Part shown: piece after piece, positions 32,212 to 43,690 of the stretch
How positions within the stretch are numbered: position 1 is the first letter of the stretch
Layout of the letters: every line of letters begins with the position of its first letter
Assembly: GCA_964019335.1 (NCBI GenBank)
Contig: OZ025692.1
Span: 124,001-188,000 of the forward strand
Source of the DNA: Diplonema japonicum
Lineage: Eukaryota; Protista; Euglenozoa: Diplonemea
Direction of reading: 5' to 3'
Length of the DNA: 64,000 nt
Program-made: the position numbers and the translations under genes
The notes under the pieces: model-generated
What the model was told of the DNA's origin: nothing
Databases searched by the model: none
Seen by the model: the letters and a program-made list of their open reading frames with translations, nothing else

Positions 32212-35200
32212 CTACTCTACAGTAAGGGTCTTCTTTCGCCTGTGCCTCACGACCAAATAGACAACAAACACGGAGAAGATAGTGCTGCAGAGGAAGCTGA
32301 TCCCGATGGGAAGGAGGAAATCATAAGAAGCCGGCGCAAGAGGCGGGGAAGGAGTGGCTAGCTGTACGAGCACAGCACCAGCAAGCTTGGTGAAAATGTT
32401 TGGCAGAAGGAGTTCTTCAGTGTCGAACCCCGACACGGCTTTGGAACGAATGGTGACTGACTTGGGGAACTCTGCAGTGCCTTCCATGTACAGACCGAAC
32501 ACGTAGTTGGGCTCTTTCTTGTTCAAAACGAGGGAGATTTCTGTTGAGGACGTGATGTTCTTCCACAATGAATGTCTTGTGAGCCCCGCCAGTGCAGCGT
32601 CGTCCCACAGCCCGAGGGTGATGTCGCCAGCGGTTTCTTCCAGTTTCACGATGATCTCCAGTTGCGAGGATGCTGTGTCGTCGATACCCAAGAGGATCCA
32701 TTCACCACGCAGCATCTCGCGCATGTACCCGCCTAGCATTGCTACGTTCGTTGTTGATAGTTGGCACGCGAACCCAGTGTGTCCTTCGTCGCAGGTGCAC
32801 CTTCCAGGGAGGTCGCACGTTCCGTGTCCTGAGCACTTCGACGGCGGTGTGCTCGCCTTGCCCGGACAGTCGATCTCGCAAAATGTCCCCACTGAGTGCA
32901 GGCAGTTGCATTTCTTTGTCTTTGGATCGCAGATCCCGTCCCCCGAACATATCTTGCCATCCTTATTGCAGGTTTCTACCTCGCTTGGCGGGCCGTTTGT
33001 CGGAGCGGGCGTCATTTTGAACCCGCACCCCGTGCCGTACATACCCGGCACACAGGCCGAGCAGTACTTCATTGGATCGTAGTTCTCGTCACATGAACAC
33101 GCAAACGGGCCAGAGTTGGTCGCGCAGGTGCCCTTGCCATTACAGGTCTCGATGGTGCACCCCTTGGGCGAGATAACTTCGAACTCCATCGTGAAACCTG
33201 TCTTAGGGCCCTCCAGGTCGGACTCGAACTCGATCGAGGCCAGGCTGCCCGTCTCTAGCACCTTGCCCATTCCCTTTGTGCCGTCCCACACTGCCACGTG
33301 GTGCCCTGGGTTGAACGTACCGTTGTACACGAAGACATGGTCGTAGTCGGCTTCGATGTCGAACTCGATGAACGTGAGCTTTAAGCGCATAGACGGGTCG
33401 GGGGCCCTGATGGTCCACTTGCACACGACAGAGTTGTCGTAGTGCCCAAGGGAGTTGATTTGGATGTATCCCCTCTGCTCCTGCTCCACAGCGACCACCC
33501 CACGGTTCACACAGAAGTGAGACGGTATTTCGCACGTGGGGCCCCTGAAGCCGTTGACGCATACCGAGCAGTCCTCACCTCCCCAGTTCCCTTCACACAC
33601 ACAGTACTTCGTTTCGGTTGTGCTGCCGATGCACGAACCGTGCCCGTTGCATGAACAGTCCATCGAGCAGTCGCTGCCGTACCATCCTGCCTTGCATTTG
33701 CTGCACGTGTCTCCTTCGTAGTTCCCTTCGCAGGTGCACACGCCATCAGAGCCACATTGACCGTTACCGCTGCAGTGCACCTCGCTGTCGCAGACACCGC
33801 AGTCCACATGGTGGAACTTCGAATTGCACAAGCATGTGAAGTTGAACCTTGCGCCCGTTGCTGTGCAGTCGCCGTTGGCTCCGTTGCAGTTGTTGGGGCA
33901 TCCCGCGGTATACTTGGCTTGCTTGACGCTGGGCCCTGTGATCACCACCGAGAAGGGGACGCCCTCGTATGGATCGAACTCCACGACGTGCCTGCCGTAC
34001 ACCATCGCGCGGTACACCCCTGCACCCCCGTCAGGGAGGTCGATCTGCTCTACTACATTCACGTCGTCGTAGCTGCTGCGCGAGTTTGCGTATTTCAGAG
34101 TCCCGTCAGGCAGCTGCAGTACTAAGTCCAGGTCATTCACCAAGGCCTTGGTGGCGCCAACAGCTGCGGGTGGGTCGTTCCACACCAAGGTGACGCGAAC
34201 CCCCGTCGCCTTCGACGCGCTACTAGGCGCGAATACCTCGAAGTCCTCAGCGTACATCCCATCTTGGATTATGGTCTGGTTCTGCAGCAGGGCAAGGTGT
34301 GTCTTTGGGTAAGAACCCTCGCCTTGGGACAAGTAAACAATGTCTGCCAGCGATAGGGCCCCCCAACCCTGGTAGTTGTTCGGCGAGCCAGCAATGCTTG
34401 TGCTGCCCTGCTTGCCCGAAAGCTTCCTGCCGCTGTGGATGATCAATGCCTTCAGTAGTGTGCCACTGGGGTTAATAGAAGCGCTCCCACCTTTCCTGCC
34501 TGAAGGATACCACCCCTCCAGGAAATACTGCCTCAGGATCGCCACAGACGCGGACACAAAGGGGGCGGCCATGCTAGTGCCGTACTTGAACGACACATCG
34601 CAGCTGTCACCGCTGACTGCGGCTTTTGCAGAGTAGACCCGCTTTCCGCCGGGTGCCACGATATCTGGCTTGATGCGCTGATCGAAGGTAGGTCCGACCG
34701 CAGAGAAGGTCCCGATGTTCTGGCGCTCGGCGTCGGAGAGAGAGTTCATGTGTGCACCTACAGAGATGATGTTCTTGGCAGTGGCTGGCGAGAGGACACC
34801 TTCAGCCTTGCCGCCGTTGCCTGCAGCAGCGACGACCACGTAGTCAGAGTGCTCGAAGATGTACTCGTCGGTCTCGCCGTCGATTGAGACGTAAGTCGAG
34901 GGGCGCCTGGCACCCCACGAGTTGTGCGAGACGCGCACGCCCATCAAGTAGGACGCGTCATAGAAGGTGAAGAGGTCGATAGGGACATCAAGGGAACCGA
35001 CAGCGCCCTGTGACAAGTCGGTGACGAACACCTTGGAATCGTGAGCAAGACCTTTGTACTGTTCCTGGACACCTGAAGGATCACCAGCCAGGGAACCACA
35101 CACATGCGTCCCGTGCCCGTGGCCGTCGATGCTGTCGGTGGCCCCGTTGAACTCGTTAACGTGCTGGCGATAGGACACGATCTTCCTGTGGTTCATGTTC

Positions 35201-35967
35201 ACCTTGGGGAAGATCGTGACACCATTGTTAGGGTCCTTGAAGAAGCACGAGTTGGAGTCCACGCCTGTGTCGGCAACCATGATGATTTGGTTGCGCCCAG
35301 CAAGGGGACCGAGAGGGGCGTCCCACATCGGTGTCTTCCCGTCGTCGCTCTGAATGGTCCTCGTTGCGATGTGGTTCAGGACTGCACCCTGCGGCGCGTC
35401 GGAGACGAATCTCACCTCTTCGATGTTTTGGAGGAGGTCTACTGCCGAACCCGCCTTGGAAGCATCCTCAAGGTGCACGTTGTACTTCACTCCAGTGATC
35501 TTCTTGATTCTTGCATGGATCGATGCCGTTGCAAGAGTTCTCTTCAAAAGCCTGACGACGGTGTCCTCCGAACTGTCCTCATCTGAGTACAGAACATGCA
35601 GCACGTGGTGACCTTCACACTGGCCTCGCTTGTGGTGTGGTTTAAGGCGTTCCACGTGGGAAATGCTCCACCTGTCCTGCAGGTTGATGACCTTTCTTAG
35701 TGTCGTAAACACCTTGTACGACCTCAAGGGCACGATCTCTACATGACCACCAAGCTGTTCCCGAAGCTCCCTCTTGGACTTCGGTGCAGAGACGCGTTTG
35801 AATGTGATTAAATAGTGTGCCTTTCTGTCCAGAACACCCGCTTCATGGTGTGCCGCTCTTAGTGAAACACGCTCTTTATGTTCGTTATCTATACCCACAT
35901 GGTGTACATGACAACCTGCTGCAGAGAACAGGATGGTGACTACCAGTATTCTGAAATGGACTGACAT
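32212..35967 (-). CDS. Type I membrane subtilisin (S8, KP-43/TagC-like) with EGF-like repeats and a CUB domain
   Basis: Signal peptide. Catalytic motifs VADTGVD, HGTHVCG, AAGNGG and GTSMAAP. EGF repeats, CUB (CKWTI...FDIEADYDHV...FESD..GF) and a C-terminal TM followed by RHRRKK. Confidence 0.93.
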   Translation of the reverse strand: MSVHFRILVVTILFSAAGCHVHHVGIDNEHKERVSLRAAHHEAGVLDRKAHYLITFKRVSAPKSKRELREQLGGHVEIVPLRSYKVFTTLRKVINLQDRWSISHVERLKPHHKRGQCEGHHVLHVLYSDEDSSEDTVVRLLKRTLATASIHARIKKITGVKYNVHLEDASKAGSAVDLLQNIEEVRFVSDAPQGAVLNHIATRTIQSDDGKTPMWDAPLGPLAGRNQIIMVADTGVDSNSCFFKDPNNGVTIFPKVNMNHRKIVSYRQHVNEFNGATDSIDGHGHGTHVCGSLAGDPSGVQEQYKGLAHDSKVFVTDLSQGAVGSLDVPIDLFTFYDASYLMGVRVSHNSWGARRPSTYVSIDGETDEYIFEHSDYVVVAAAGNGGKAEGVLSPATAKNIISVGAHMNSLSDAERQNIGTFSAVGPTFDQRIKPDIVAPGGKRVYSAKAAVSGDSCDVSFKYGTSMAAPFVSASVAILRQYFLEGWYPSGRKGGSASINPSGTLLKALIIHSGRKLSGKQGSTSIAGSPNNYQGWGALSLADIVYLSQGEGSYPKTHLALLQNQTIIQDGMYAEDFEVFAPSSASKATGVRVTLVWNDPPAAVGATKALVNDLDLVLQLPDGTLKYANSRSSYDDVNVVEQIDLPDGGAGVYRAMVYGRHVVEFDPYEGVPFSVVITGPSVKQAKYTAGCPNNCNGANGDCTATGARFNFTCLCNSKFHHVDCGVCDSEVHCSGNGQCGSDGVCTCEGNYEGDTCSKCKAGWYGSDCSMDCSCNGHGSCIGSTTETKYCVCEGNWGGEDCSVCVNGFRGPTCEIPSHFCVNRGVVAVEQEQRGYIQINSLGHYDNSVVCKWTIRAPDPSMRLKLTFIEFDIEADYDHVFVYNGTFNPGHHVAVWDGTKGMGKVLETGSLASIEFESDLEGPKTGFTMEFEVISPKGCTIETCNGKGTCATNSGPFACSCDENYDPMKYCSACVPGMYGTGCGFKMTPAPTNGPPSEVETCNKDGKICSGDGICDPKTKKCNCLHSVGTFCEIDCPGKASTPPSKCSGHGTCDLPGRCTCDEGHTGFACQLSTTNVAMLGGYMREMLRGEWILLGIDDTASSQLEIIVKLEETAGDITLGLWDDAALAGLTRHSLWKNITSSTEISLVLNKKEPNYVFGLYMEGTAEFPKSVTIRSKAVSGFDTEELLLPNIFTKLAGAVLVQLATPSPPLAPASYDFLLPIGISFLCSTIFSVFVVYLVVRHRRKKTLTVE

Positions 35968-36088
35968 CCCCTCGTTCCCTTTGAGTGTTGGTTGTTTTTT
36001 TTTTTTTTCTTTTTTTTTAGATAAAGAGTAGAGGAAAAAAAAGGGGGGGGGGACGGAAAACGGTGGTAAATGAGAGATTTCTTTTGTT

Positions 36089-36133
<45 letters not shown>

Positions 36134-36134
36134 C

Positions 36135-36362
36135 TTATGGCTCTGCCATGGCCTTCTGGAGAGCGGCGAGGTTTTCCTTCGTCAGTTTCGTTGGTGTTGG
36201 CTTCTTGCGCTCCGTAGTGCTCTTCAGAATCGATACCTGTGGTCCTGCCGTTGAGTACTTAGCCGGGCACTTCGAGGACACACCATTGCCAGCGATATCA
36301 GCCAAGGGCCCACGCCGTAAGAATGAGAGGTTTGCCGACGTGGCAGATGAGTCGGCCTTCAT
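36135..36362 (-). CDS. Small hypothetical protein (75 aa)
   Basis: ATG-initiated ORF fills a complex-sequence island between homopolymer tracts on the gene strand. Confidence 0.55.
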   Translation of the reverse strand: MKADSSATSANLSFLRRGPLADIAGNGVSSKCPAKYSTAGPQVSILKSTTERKKPTPTKLTKENLAALQKAMAEP

Positions 36363-36608
36363 GCCCCTTTTTTCCCTTTTTTGTTTTTGTCTTTTGTTTT
36401 TATCGATTTATGTAACACTGCAAGGTGGAAACGAAAAAAAAAGAATATGAGGAAAAACTAGATATGAGACGAATCAATGTCAAGCCAAAATAAAGAAGAA
36501 AGCCAAAAAAGAAATAGAAAGGGGAGGGGGGTAACGTTGGCAACGTGTTCTACAACGGCCAGTTCCTCCCTTTTTTTATTTCTCCCCCCCCTTCATTCTT
36601 TTTTTTTT

Positions 36609-37490
36609 TTACTCGTTCTTGCTGTGGCTCTGTTTGACGAAAAATCTTGCAAAAAAACTAACCAACAGGTGGCTGCTTGTAGACAGCAACACCAGAATGA
36701 GAACGATCTTCGGTTTGTAATAAATATCAGCACCAAAGACTCTATCAGGGAGACCCTTCGAGGGAGGGCGCAGATGATAGTTGATGTTGTACCCGCTGAC
36801 ATATGACAGCGGCGTCTCAACACCCATATTGAGGAGAGTAATCCAGCAGCTGGAGAACGCCAACCACCCAAAGGTGAACTTGTGCAACGGGAACGACGTG
36901 GCAAAGTACAACGGCAACAGGTTGAGGACCGCATGGTGCGCAATGAAGACATAAGCCTCTGACCAATGTGTCTGATCGTCGAAGTCCGCGAATGCCGACC
37001 CAAGTATCGTGTTCCACGCAGCAGTGACACACATTGAAGCAAGGTAGTTACACAGGGGTTTCGGGGTTACAAGCGCGGCAATACTGGTAAGTGTGTAGAT
37101 ATGGCAGGGCATCACCATCCACGCCAACGCCCTTGGGATTTGCAGCCCGAAGAATTCCAGATGGCCAGTATCTCTTATCGTCTTGTAAAAAACCTGCATA
37201 CAGAAGAAAAATGTTAGCAAGGCGGCAATGAACCATCCGAACACCCTTCCGTACCTTCTGTCTCTGTCCATCCCCACGCGGCCCTCGTGTTTCATCCACG
37301 CCCAGCCCACAATCCCGGCCGACACCGCCAGAGCGTTGATGACGATGAACTCAACTATGTGGTTTTCCACAGGTCGCTGCCAGTAGTTGTTGGGGTCCAA
37401 GCACGACGACACCTTTGTGCGCTCCTCTAGGACGCATGCTGCGGCACGCTGTTCTGCGTACTCCTTCAGTGTCTTCGCTGCGTATTCCAT
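36609..37490 (-). CDS. TMEM164: TMEM164-family membrane protein
   Basis: Multi-TM, with MPCHI, FIAHH and GYNINYHL.PP motifs. Confidence 0.72.
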   Translation of the reverse strand: MEYAAKTLKEYAEQRAAACVLEERTKVSSCLDPNNYWQRPVENHIVEFIVINALAVSAGIVGWAWMKHEGRVGMDRDRRYGRVFGWFIAALLTFFFCMQVFYKTIRDTGHLEFFGLQIPRALAWMVMPCHIYTLTSIAALVTPKPLCNYLASMCVTAAWNTILGSAFADFDDQTHWSEAYVFIAHHAVLNLLPLYFATSFPLHKFTFGWLAFSSCWITLLNMGVETPLSYVSGYNINYHLRPPSKGLPDRVFGADIYYKPKIVLILVLLSTSSHLLVSFFARFFVKQSHSKNE

Positions 37491-37577
37491 ATTGGTCGGC
37501 CCTGCGTAATATAATATTGTTGTGCGGAAGACATTTGAAAAAAATAAAAAAAAATGATGTGATAACCCCGACGATAT

Positions 37578-37949
37578 CTAGAGAGCCAAAGCAAAGCGGC
37601 GCTGGGGGTAGGCCGCCTGGAACCTCGCGGTCCTGGCGGTCACGGCAGACCTCTCAGCGTAAGTCAGCGCCCTGCGCTTGGCGCGCGTCTGCTTCCTCTT
37701 AATGTCGACGGGCGCGAACTTCTTGCCCCTGTACAGCTTCCTCAAAGCGGTCCTTTGGTTGTTGTTCAGCACGGTGAGGACCTTCGCGACGGACTTCCTG
37801 GTTGTCTTTATCTTCGCCACCTTCGACGCAGGCCCACCGGTAACCTGTGCCACCCTAAGCTCGCTGAGCTCCATCTTCAGCTGATCAAGAGTGCTGAGAA
37901 GCTCCTCCTTGCCCTTCGCCCTAAGCTCGTGAGACTTAACCTTGACCAT
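37578..37949 (-). CDS. RPL35: 60S ribosomal protein L35 (uL29)
   Basis: MVKVKSHELRAKGKEELL..L..LK.ELSELRVAQVTGG.ASK..KIK..RKSVAKVLTV...YPQRRFAL; ATG 37949. Confidence 0.97.
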   Translation of the reverse strand: MVKVKSHELRAKGKEELLSTLDQLKMELSELRVAQVTGGPASKVAKIKTTRKSVAKVLTVLNNNQRTALRKLYRGKKFAPVDIKRKQTRAKRRALTYAERSAVTARTARFQAAYPQRRFALAL

Positions 37950-38053
37950 TTTATTAAAAGGGGTTGGGAATACAACGCAAGCCTGTAAGAGATGACGGAT
38001 GGAGAAAAAAAAAAGTTCCAAAAATAAAATTTTTAAAAATTAAAAAAAAAAAC

Positions 38054-38524
38054 TCACCTCCCCCACAGAAGCATCAAAAGGCTACCTGCTATGTCGAGGC
38101 ACGAAGGAGTGTTGGTGAGGTACGCCATAGTGCTAGCAACGTGGGGGTGGTTAATAGACCCGTACAAGCAGGCTATAGAGTATGCAAACCACGCACCAGC
38201 TGAAAAGCAGTGCAATTGCTGAGAGGATGTGAATGTAAGAGAAGTAACGATGCAGACTGTGATTGCAACGGAAGTGAACGATCGTACCCTAGGAAGAAGA
38301 GTATGCGTGGTCAGCATGTAGTGTGCTAACGGGTCTTCTTTCTGTATCTCAGCCTTCAGGCGGGTGGTATCAACAATTTCTTTTAGCAAGCCGCACCTTG
38401 CCGACATTTCCTGCTCGTCCTGGCACAGCGGGTCCTCCCCAGCATAGTGCCACCAGTCGATCGCAACGCACAACGCCACCCGGTACACCACGCAAACCAA
38501 CAGCGGGATCGCCACTGCCTTCAT
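38054..38524 (-). CDS. Hypothetical membrane protein, possibly the last exon(s) of the upstream gene
   Basis: 156-aa hydrophobic ORF; candidate splice sites at 38525-38660. Confidence 0.55.
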   Translation of the reverse strand: MKAVAIPLLVCVVYRVALCVAIDWWHYAGEDPLCQDEQEMSARCGLLKEIVDTTRLKAEIQKEDPLAHYMLTTHTLLPRVRSFTSVAITVCIVTSLTFTSSQQLHCFSAGAWFAYSIACLYGSINHPHVASTMAYLTNTPSCLDIAGSLLMLLWGR

Positions 38525-38627
38525 CCCTTTGCATTATAACATACATTTGAAGGGGAAATGTACGGTTTGAGAACAGTATCATATATGCCCTCGGAAGAAG
38601 GCCTTTTTTCTTTTTTTTTTTTCTTTT

Positions 38628-41234
38628 TCAGAAGGCAGCCGTGAAAACATACAACTCCAGCTCTTTCACCAGCATGCAGAGAAGCACCGCGAGTGTCCAA
38701 CATGCTGTGACGGTTATCCACGTGACCTGTTTTGTGATACGAAAGGGGGGGGAGACGGGAAATCTCACACCAAATTATGTCGCCTAAAGATCTCATGCGC
38801 GATGTCCTCATAGTTCTCCTCTTGATACTATGGAAAGGGTAAGGGGAATTACCAAGGAATATACCTCTAAAACTTGCGTCCGGACCTGCGCTGCCCGGTT
38901 CAGGATGGAGTTGTACTGTGGGAGAGCGTCGAGGATGCCCGGACGGAACAGCGTAGCGTTCTTCAAGACATCTCGTTGCTGCATCAGGAACTCGGTTTTG
39001 ATGACAAACGTGCTGTTCAGAATCTTGAGGTTTTGTGAATAGATGGTGTCAACCAAACGGGCTACTGCGACGGTTTGGTTCCCCCACGGCCCTTCGAAGA
39101 TGCGTCTGATCTTGTTTGACACCGATTGGCCTGTCATCGTGTGGAAGGTGTCACTGCTCACAAGCATCAGCCTGCTTTCATCGTACTTTGCTTTCATCGC
39201 CGATTCTGCTGTCAAGAGATATGCCGTGGCTCTTACCACAGCCTTCGCCTCTTCTTTGCTGTAGTCTAGCAGACGTAACGCCAGCTGCGCCACGGAGTTT
39301 ACACAACTGCCTTTCTCCCACTTGCATATCTTGTTCCAATTGCACTGTGTTGCGTTGGTGATATCCAAGCATGAGGTGTACACCTGTTCAGCTTCGAAGC
39401 AGTACATGTAATTGTTTATCTGGGTGTGTGTCTCTTCCTCGCATTGATACTCCTGCAGTCGGAATGGGAGGTACTTCCTGTGGTCCAAGTACTCTGTTAC
39501 TGCGTTATAGACATCTCTCGATGGGAAGGACCACCCCGAGGTCATGAAATCCGTTGTCAGAGACTCAAAACGTGCTGTTGTGTTCACGGACCTCTCGTAG
39601 ACTGTGTCACGTGTTGTGTTCAGCTCGTTCCAGTCGCGGATGTGTGCATCTTTCCAGTCTTTCATATCCTCGGCAATGCCTTTCAGCAACACATGCAGTT
39701 CGTCGCGTTCTACATGTTGCAGTTTGTTGTTCTCATTCTGCAATGTGATCAACGCTGTTTCCATTTCTTCTAAGGCCGTGTTAAGGTCGACGGCTTCGTT
39801 CACAAGCAGCAAGGGTTTCTGAAGGTGGGTTCTTGTCACTGCGGTCATCAATTCATCAACATAGGTCACGTATCGCCCCCGCGTGTAGGCGCCGTTCACT
39901 GCGTCCTCCAAAGTGTCCAGGGTGTCGATGCCAGCTGACCACGTTACTGTGAGTTGTACCACCAAGCACACGGCAGCTAGCAAACAGTTCACTTGATTCT
40001 CTCGTTTGTCCGTTGAAAACAGCAGCATGTGCACTGCAGATAGAATCCCCACGATGCAGAGGCCTACGATGAGCAAGATCACAAACAACTGTGTGAAGTT
40101 GCTGGAACGTTTCGGCGGCAGCATCTGGGGCCCTGCGCTCAGCTCTCGCAGCGCGTCTTCAACGGGCTCCGCCGTGTTCATCGCGCTATTCGGGTCCTCC
40201 TTACAAATCGTTAGGAGCTCCAATAAATCTTTCGGTCCCGCCACTCCAGCGGCCTCGCGCTTTGTTTTTGCAGGCGGCGCGTCATTGTAAGACCAGTCCT
40301 GCAGCGCCACCTGTATTTTTGTTAGATTTGTGCGCAGCGCCACGGGGTCCAGCAAAGTCTGGGACATGGTTTTCGAGAAGTTCTGCACACTGAAAAGAAG
40401 TGTCTGCGTGTCAGTCAGTGCATTGTTCATGTTGTCATAGTGCTCCATGACACCAGTCCGCAGGAAGGAATAGAAGTCGCCTTGCACCACGTTGACGAGC
40501 GTGCCCAGCTTCTTCACCTCTAAGGCAAGAGTGAGGAGGTTTGGATCTGTCAGGGCCATGTCTGTATTGCTAGGATCGGTAGCGCTGAGGTAGTCTTCGA
40601 TTGTTGCGAAGACTGCGTCGTGTCCTTGGCCGAGAATGGTGCTCTTGACGCCTTCATTAATGTACCCCTCACGGTCATCCACAGCTGTGCTTCGGGCGGT
40701 GTCGGCTTGAGCTTGCTGAAGCCAGATATTGAGTTGGCTGGTGGCAGCGTCCGCTCGGGCTGCAGTAGTGCCTGCTGCGTTGGAGAGTGTGCCGAGGTGC
40801 GCAAGCGTGGTGTTCGGTTCGAGCTGTGCATTGGCAGAGCCATCCACGACATTGTTGGCATGTGCCAACCTGAGGACAGAGAACTCATAAGCAGCCTGCG
40901 ATGCGAGTGAACTCCATCGCACTTCGTTTTTGTAAGACTCGTAAGCGTTTTTTTCGTCGTTCAGATAGTTCACAAGGCATGCTGTATAAATAACACACAT
41001 ACAGGGTATTAAGCTGAAGGCCACCACCAAGCTCTTCTTCACTGTCTCGCCAAGTGGGTCGAACCGTGCGTACAGGAACGGATCATCCTCACAGTAGTTC
41101 AGCTCCTCCTCTTCGTCTTCTTCGTCTTCTTCGTCTTCTTCATCCTCTTCCTCTTCCTCTTCGTCCCCTTCGCTTGCCACTTCGACTACCTCTCTATCCG
41201 GTGCATTGTCCGGCTGTTTTTTGTATTTATCCAT
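38628..41234 (-). CDS. Large membrane protein with two TM-helical ectodomain-TM modules
   Basis: 808-aa ORF with an acidic N-terminus. Introns 38828-38864 and 38727-38770 add YQEENYEDIAHEIFRRHNL and a further TM (VTWITVTACWTLAVLLCMLV). Confidence 0.7.
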
Positions 41235-41363
41235 TTGGTCGGGTGCCTGGAGTACGAGTCAAAAGGGTCGAGTACGGGGAAACTATAATAAGGAGCGAAA
41301 AAAAGACACTCTGGAAAGCAGTGCTGATTAAAAAAAAGAAGTCAAGGTGAATGTACAAGAGAG

Positions 41364-41482
41364 ATTTGCCTCATATCTAAAGACCACTCAAGCTAAGTCC
41401 GGAGGGGTTCTAAAGGGGATACACAAGGGGCTTAGAGAAGATAATAGGTGTTGCTTGATGGCTTTAGATATGCGAGGCGAAA
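41364..41482. mobile_element. Small fold-back / MITE-like element
   Basis: tttgcctcatatctaaagaccactcaagc pairs with gcttgatggctttagatatgcgaggcgaaa; inner pair ctaagtcc/gggcttag. Confidence 0.6.
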
Positions 41483-41521
41483 AATGAAAGAAATGGCACA
41501 GAAGTGAACTTCTTGTTTAAC

Positions 41522-43690
41522 TTACGGGAATCGCATTTTTGTTTGCGTCTTTCCCTTGAGGAAGTAAGTCTGGTAGGTGCCGAAGCCTTTGAGGTTGACT
41601 GGGTCCCTCTTCTCGAAGATGTATCCGAGGGGTTCGAGGGCGTCATAGAAGCTAGGGGAGACCTGGATCTCTTCGGGGAGGCCTGTCGACTCCAACCGAG
41701 AAGCGAGGTTCACGGTGGCCCCCAAGATGTCGTACTGTACTTTCTCTGTCCCAAACACACCTGCTGTGAGTGGGCCCTCTGCAAGACCTACTCGGAAACG
41801 GACTGGCTTCACCTTAAGTGCATTTCTGATCACCTCCGAGTCTACCATGTCCACAGATTCGTTGATCTTTTTCGCTTCGTCCAAAATCTGCATCGCGAAA
41901 TCAGCGATCTCCCTCATCTGTGCTTGCTCAACGATGTCGCACGCGGTGCTTGCTCTCCGTTCCCGTTTCCCACTCTTGTCCTGCACACCCCCTGCCAGCA
42001 TGTAACAGTCACCGATCACCTTGATTTTCTCCAGTTTGTATTCCTTCACCAACTTGTCCAGTTTGTTGAAGATTAGGTTGCTGTACTCCACTACCTGCCG
42101 CGACTCCAGCTCCTTCGTGAAATTCGTGAAGCCCACAATGTCAGCGAACAGCACCGTCGCATGCGAGTAGCTGTCGGCGATCTTTTCCCCGTTCTTCACC
42201 CTCTCAGATATCTGGTACGGCAGCGCGGCGTTTAGCACCCGCTGCGACTCGGACAACACAGTGCTCTTCACGATCATCGACCAGAATGTGGAAAACACAC
42301 TTTGCAAGATCCGACCTGTTTGGAGTTCAAAATCGCCGTTTGTGAGCCCCAGCAGGCCCACGGGTTCACTCATGAACACAATTGGAACCAGGAGGATACG
42401 GTTCACTTTCATGTGCCCAGCAGGGCAACTTAGTTCCTCCCCTGTATTGCTGAAGAAGGGAACGCCGTCCAGGAGTGCTTTGTACAAGATAGTACCCTTC
42501 CGCAGGGCAGGGTGGCTGAAGCCACGCATCTTCGTGTTTTTGATATGCTCAGTTGCACTAGAGAAGATGTAGTACCTGAAAGCAAGCGATGATATGTCTG
42601 ACGTGGGTACACCACGTGACGAGGTGTTGCTGCCACGGCGCTGTATTGCAGGCGCGCTGCTCATCTTCTCGTTGGCAGGTGTGTTCGTGACTGCGACTAG
42701 CACCTCAGAGTTGAAATACCCCTCAAAAAAGTTAGCGATCGCAACTAGCACAGCTACCCATTGGTCCTTTGAGGTTTTATTCGACATCGAGATGGCATCT
42801 TCGACTATCTTCTCTAGCTGCAGAATGATCTCGTCTCTGTACAAGCTTTCCTCGACGAGGGCTGACTCTGTCTGCTTCTTCCTGACCTCCTCCAGGGCTA
42901 TGTTGATGAGGGACTGGATGTTCGAGGTCCAGATCTCAGGGAGAAGGTCATACAGAAGCTGCTGGTCGTGGACGGCGTAGTCCCCGTCCAGAAGGATGAG
43001 AAGGGCGATTGTTGTGTTCTCCACCACCACCGGGACCACCAGCATGGACTGGACTTCCATTTCCATCCCGTCGTTGTTGTACAGCTCCAGATCCGTGAGC
43101 TCCTTCACCCCGAAGATCTTTGCCCTCTTCTGCACAATCAGGTCCCTGTACAGGTTGATGTTCTCCATCGCAGTCATGTCCTGCTTGTTGAACCAGTACG
43201 ACTTCAGCCGGAGGTGCTGCCTGATGCACTTGTTCCCCGCTCCGATCGATGCATTGAACGGAACGTCCAGCAGCACCACCCCCGCGTTCCCAGAGTACGT
43301 GTGCACAGCCGTGCACAGCAGGTGGTGCATCGAGTCGTTCAGCACGGAGTCCACAGTGCTCGTGTCCACGTTCCGCACCTCGATCGATGACAGCCCTTTC
43401 TTCAGCTCCTGCTTTCGAGTCTCCGTGCGTTGCGTCTGCAACAGGTGCTCGTTCAGCGTGTGGATCGCAGCATCCCTTTCGATCAGCTTCGCTTGGAGCT
43501 CGAGGATCTTGTTCACAAGAGCGTCATTTGTCCCGGTGCCAAGCTTAGCTGTTAATGGTCGTTCGCGGAGTGGTTTTAGCTCTATCGGCTTTTTCAGCTT
43601 TTCTCTTTCGCTCGGTGCCTTCCCGTTGGAATAACTAGGCTGGTCAGGGGCCAGCATAGGCGAGTCGTAAACACTGCTATTGCTGGCCAT
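41522..43690 (-). CDS. Soluble class III adenylate cyclase with a coiled coil and two GAF-like domains (paralogue A)
   Basis: ATVLFADIVGFT, EKIKVIGDCYM and YDILGATVNLASRLES; the K and D specificity residues point to ATP. No TM. Confidence 0.9.
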   Translation of the reverse strand: MASNSSVYDSPMLAPDQPSYSNGKAPSEREKLKKPIELKPLRERPLTAKLGTGTNDALVNKILELQAKLIERDAAIHTLNEHLLQTQRTETRKQELKKGLSSIEVRNVDTSTVDSVLNDSMHHLLCTAVHTYSGNAGVVLLDVPFNASIGAGNKCIRQHLRLKSYWFNKQDMTAMENINLYRDLIVQKRAKIFGVKELTDLELYNNDGMEMEVQSMLVVPVVVENTTIALLILLDGDYAVHDQQLLYDLLPEIWTSNIQSLINIALEEVRKKQTESALVEESLYRDEIILQLEKIVEDAISMSNKTSKDQWVAVLVAIANFFEGYFNSEVLVAVTNTPANEKMSSAPAIQRRGSNTSSRGVPTSDISSLAFRYYIFSSATEHIKNTKMRGFSHPALRKGTILYKALLDGVPFFSNTGEELSCPAGHMKVNRILLVPIVFMSEPVGLLGLTNGDFELQTGRILQSVFSTFWSMIVKSTVLSESQRVLNAALPYQISERVKNGEKIADSYSHATVLFADIVGFTNFTKELESRQVVEYSNLIFNKLDKLVKEYKLEKIKVIGDCYMLAGGVQDKSGKRERRASTACDIVEQAQMREIADFAMQILDEAKKINESVDMVDSEVIRNALKVKPVRFRVGLAEGPLTAGVFGTEKVQYDILGATVNLASRLESTGLPEEIQVSPSFYDALEPLGYIFEKRDPVNLKGFGTYQTYFLKGKTQTKMRFP

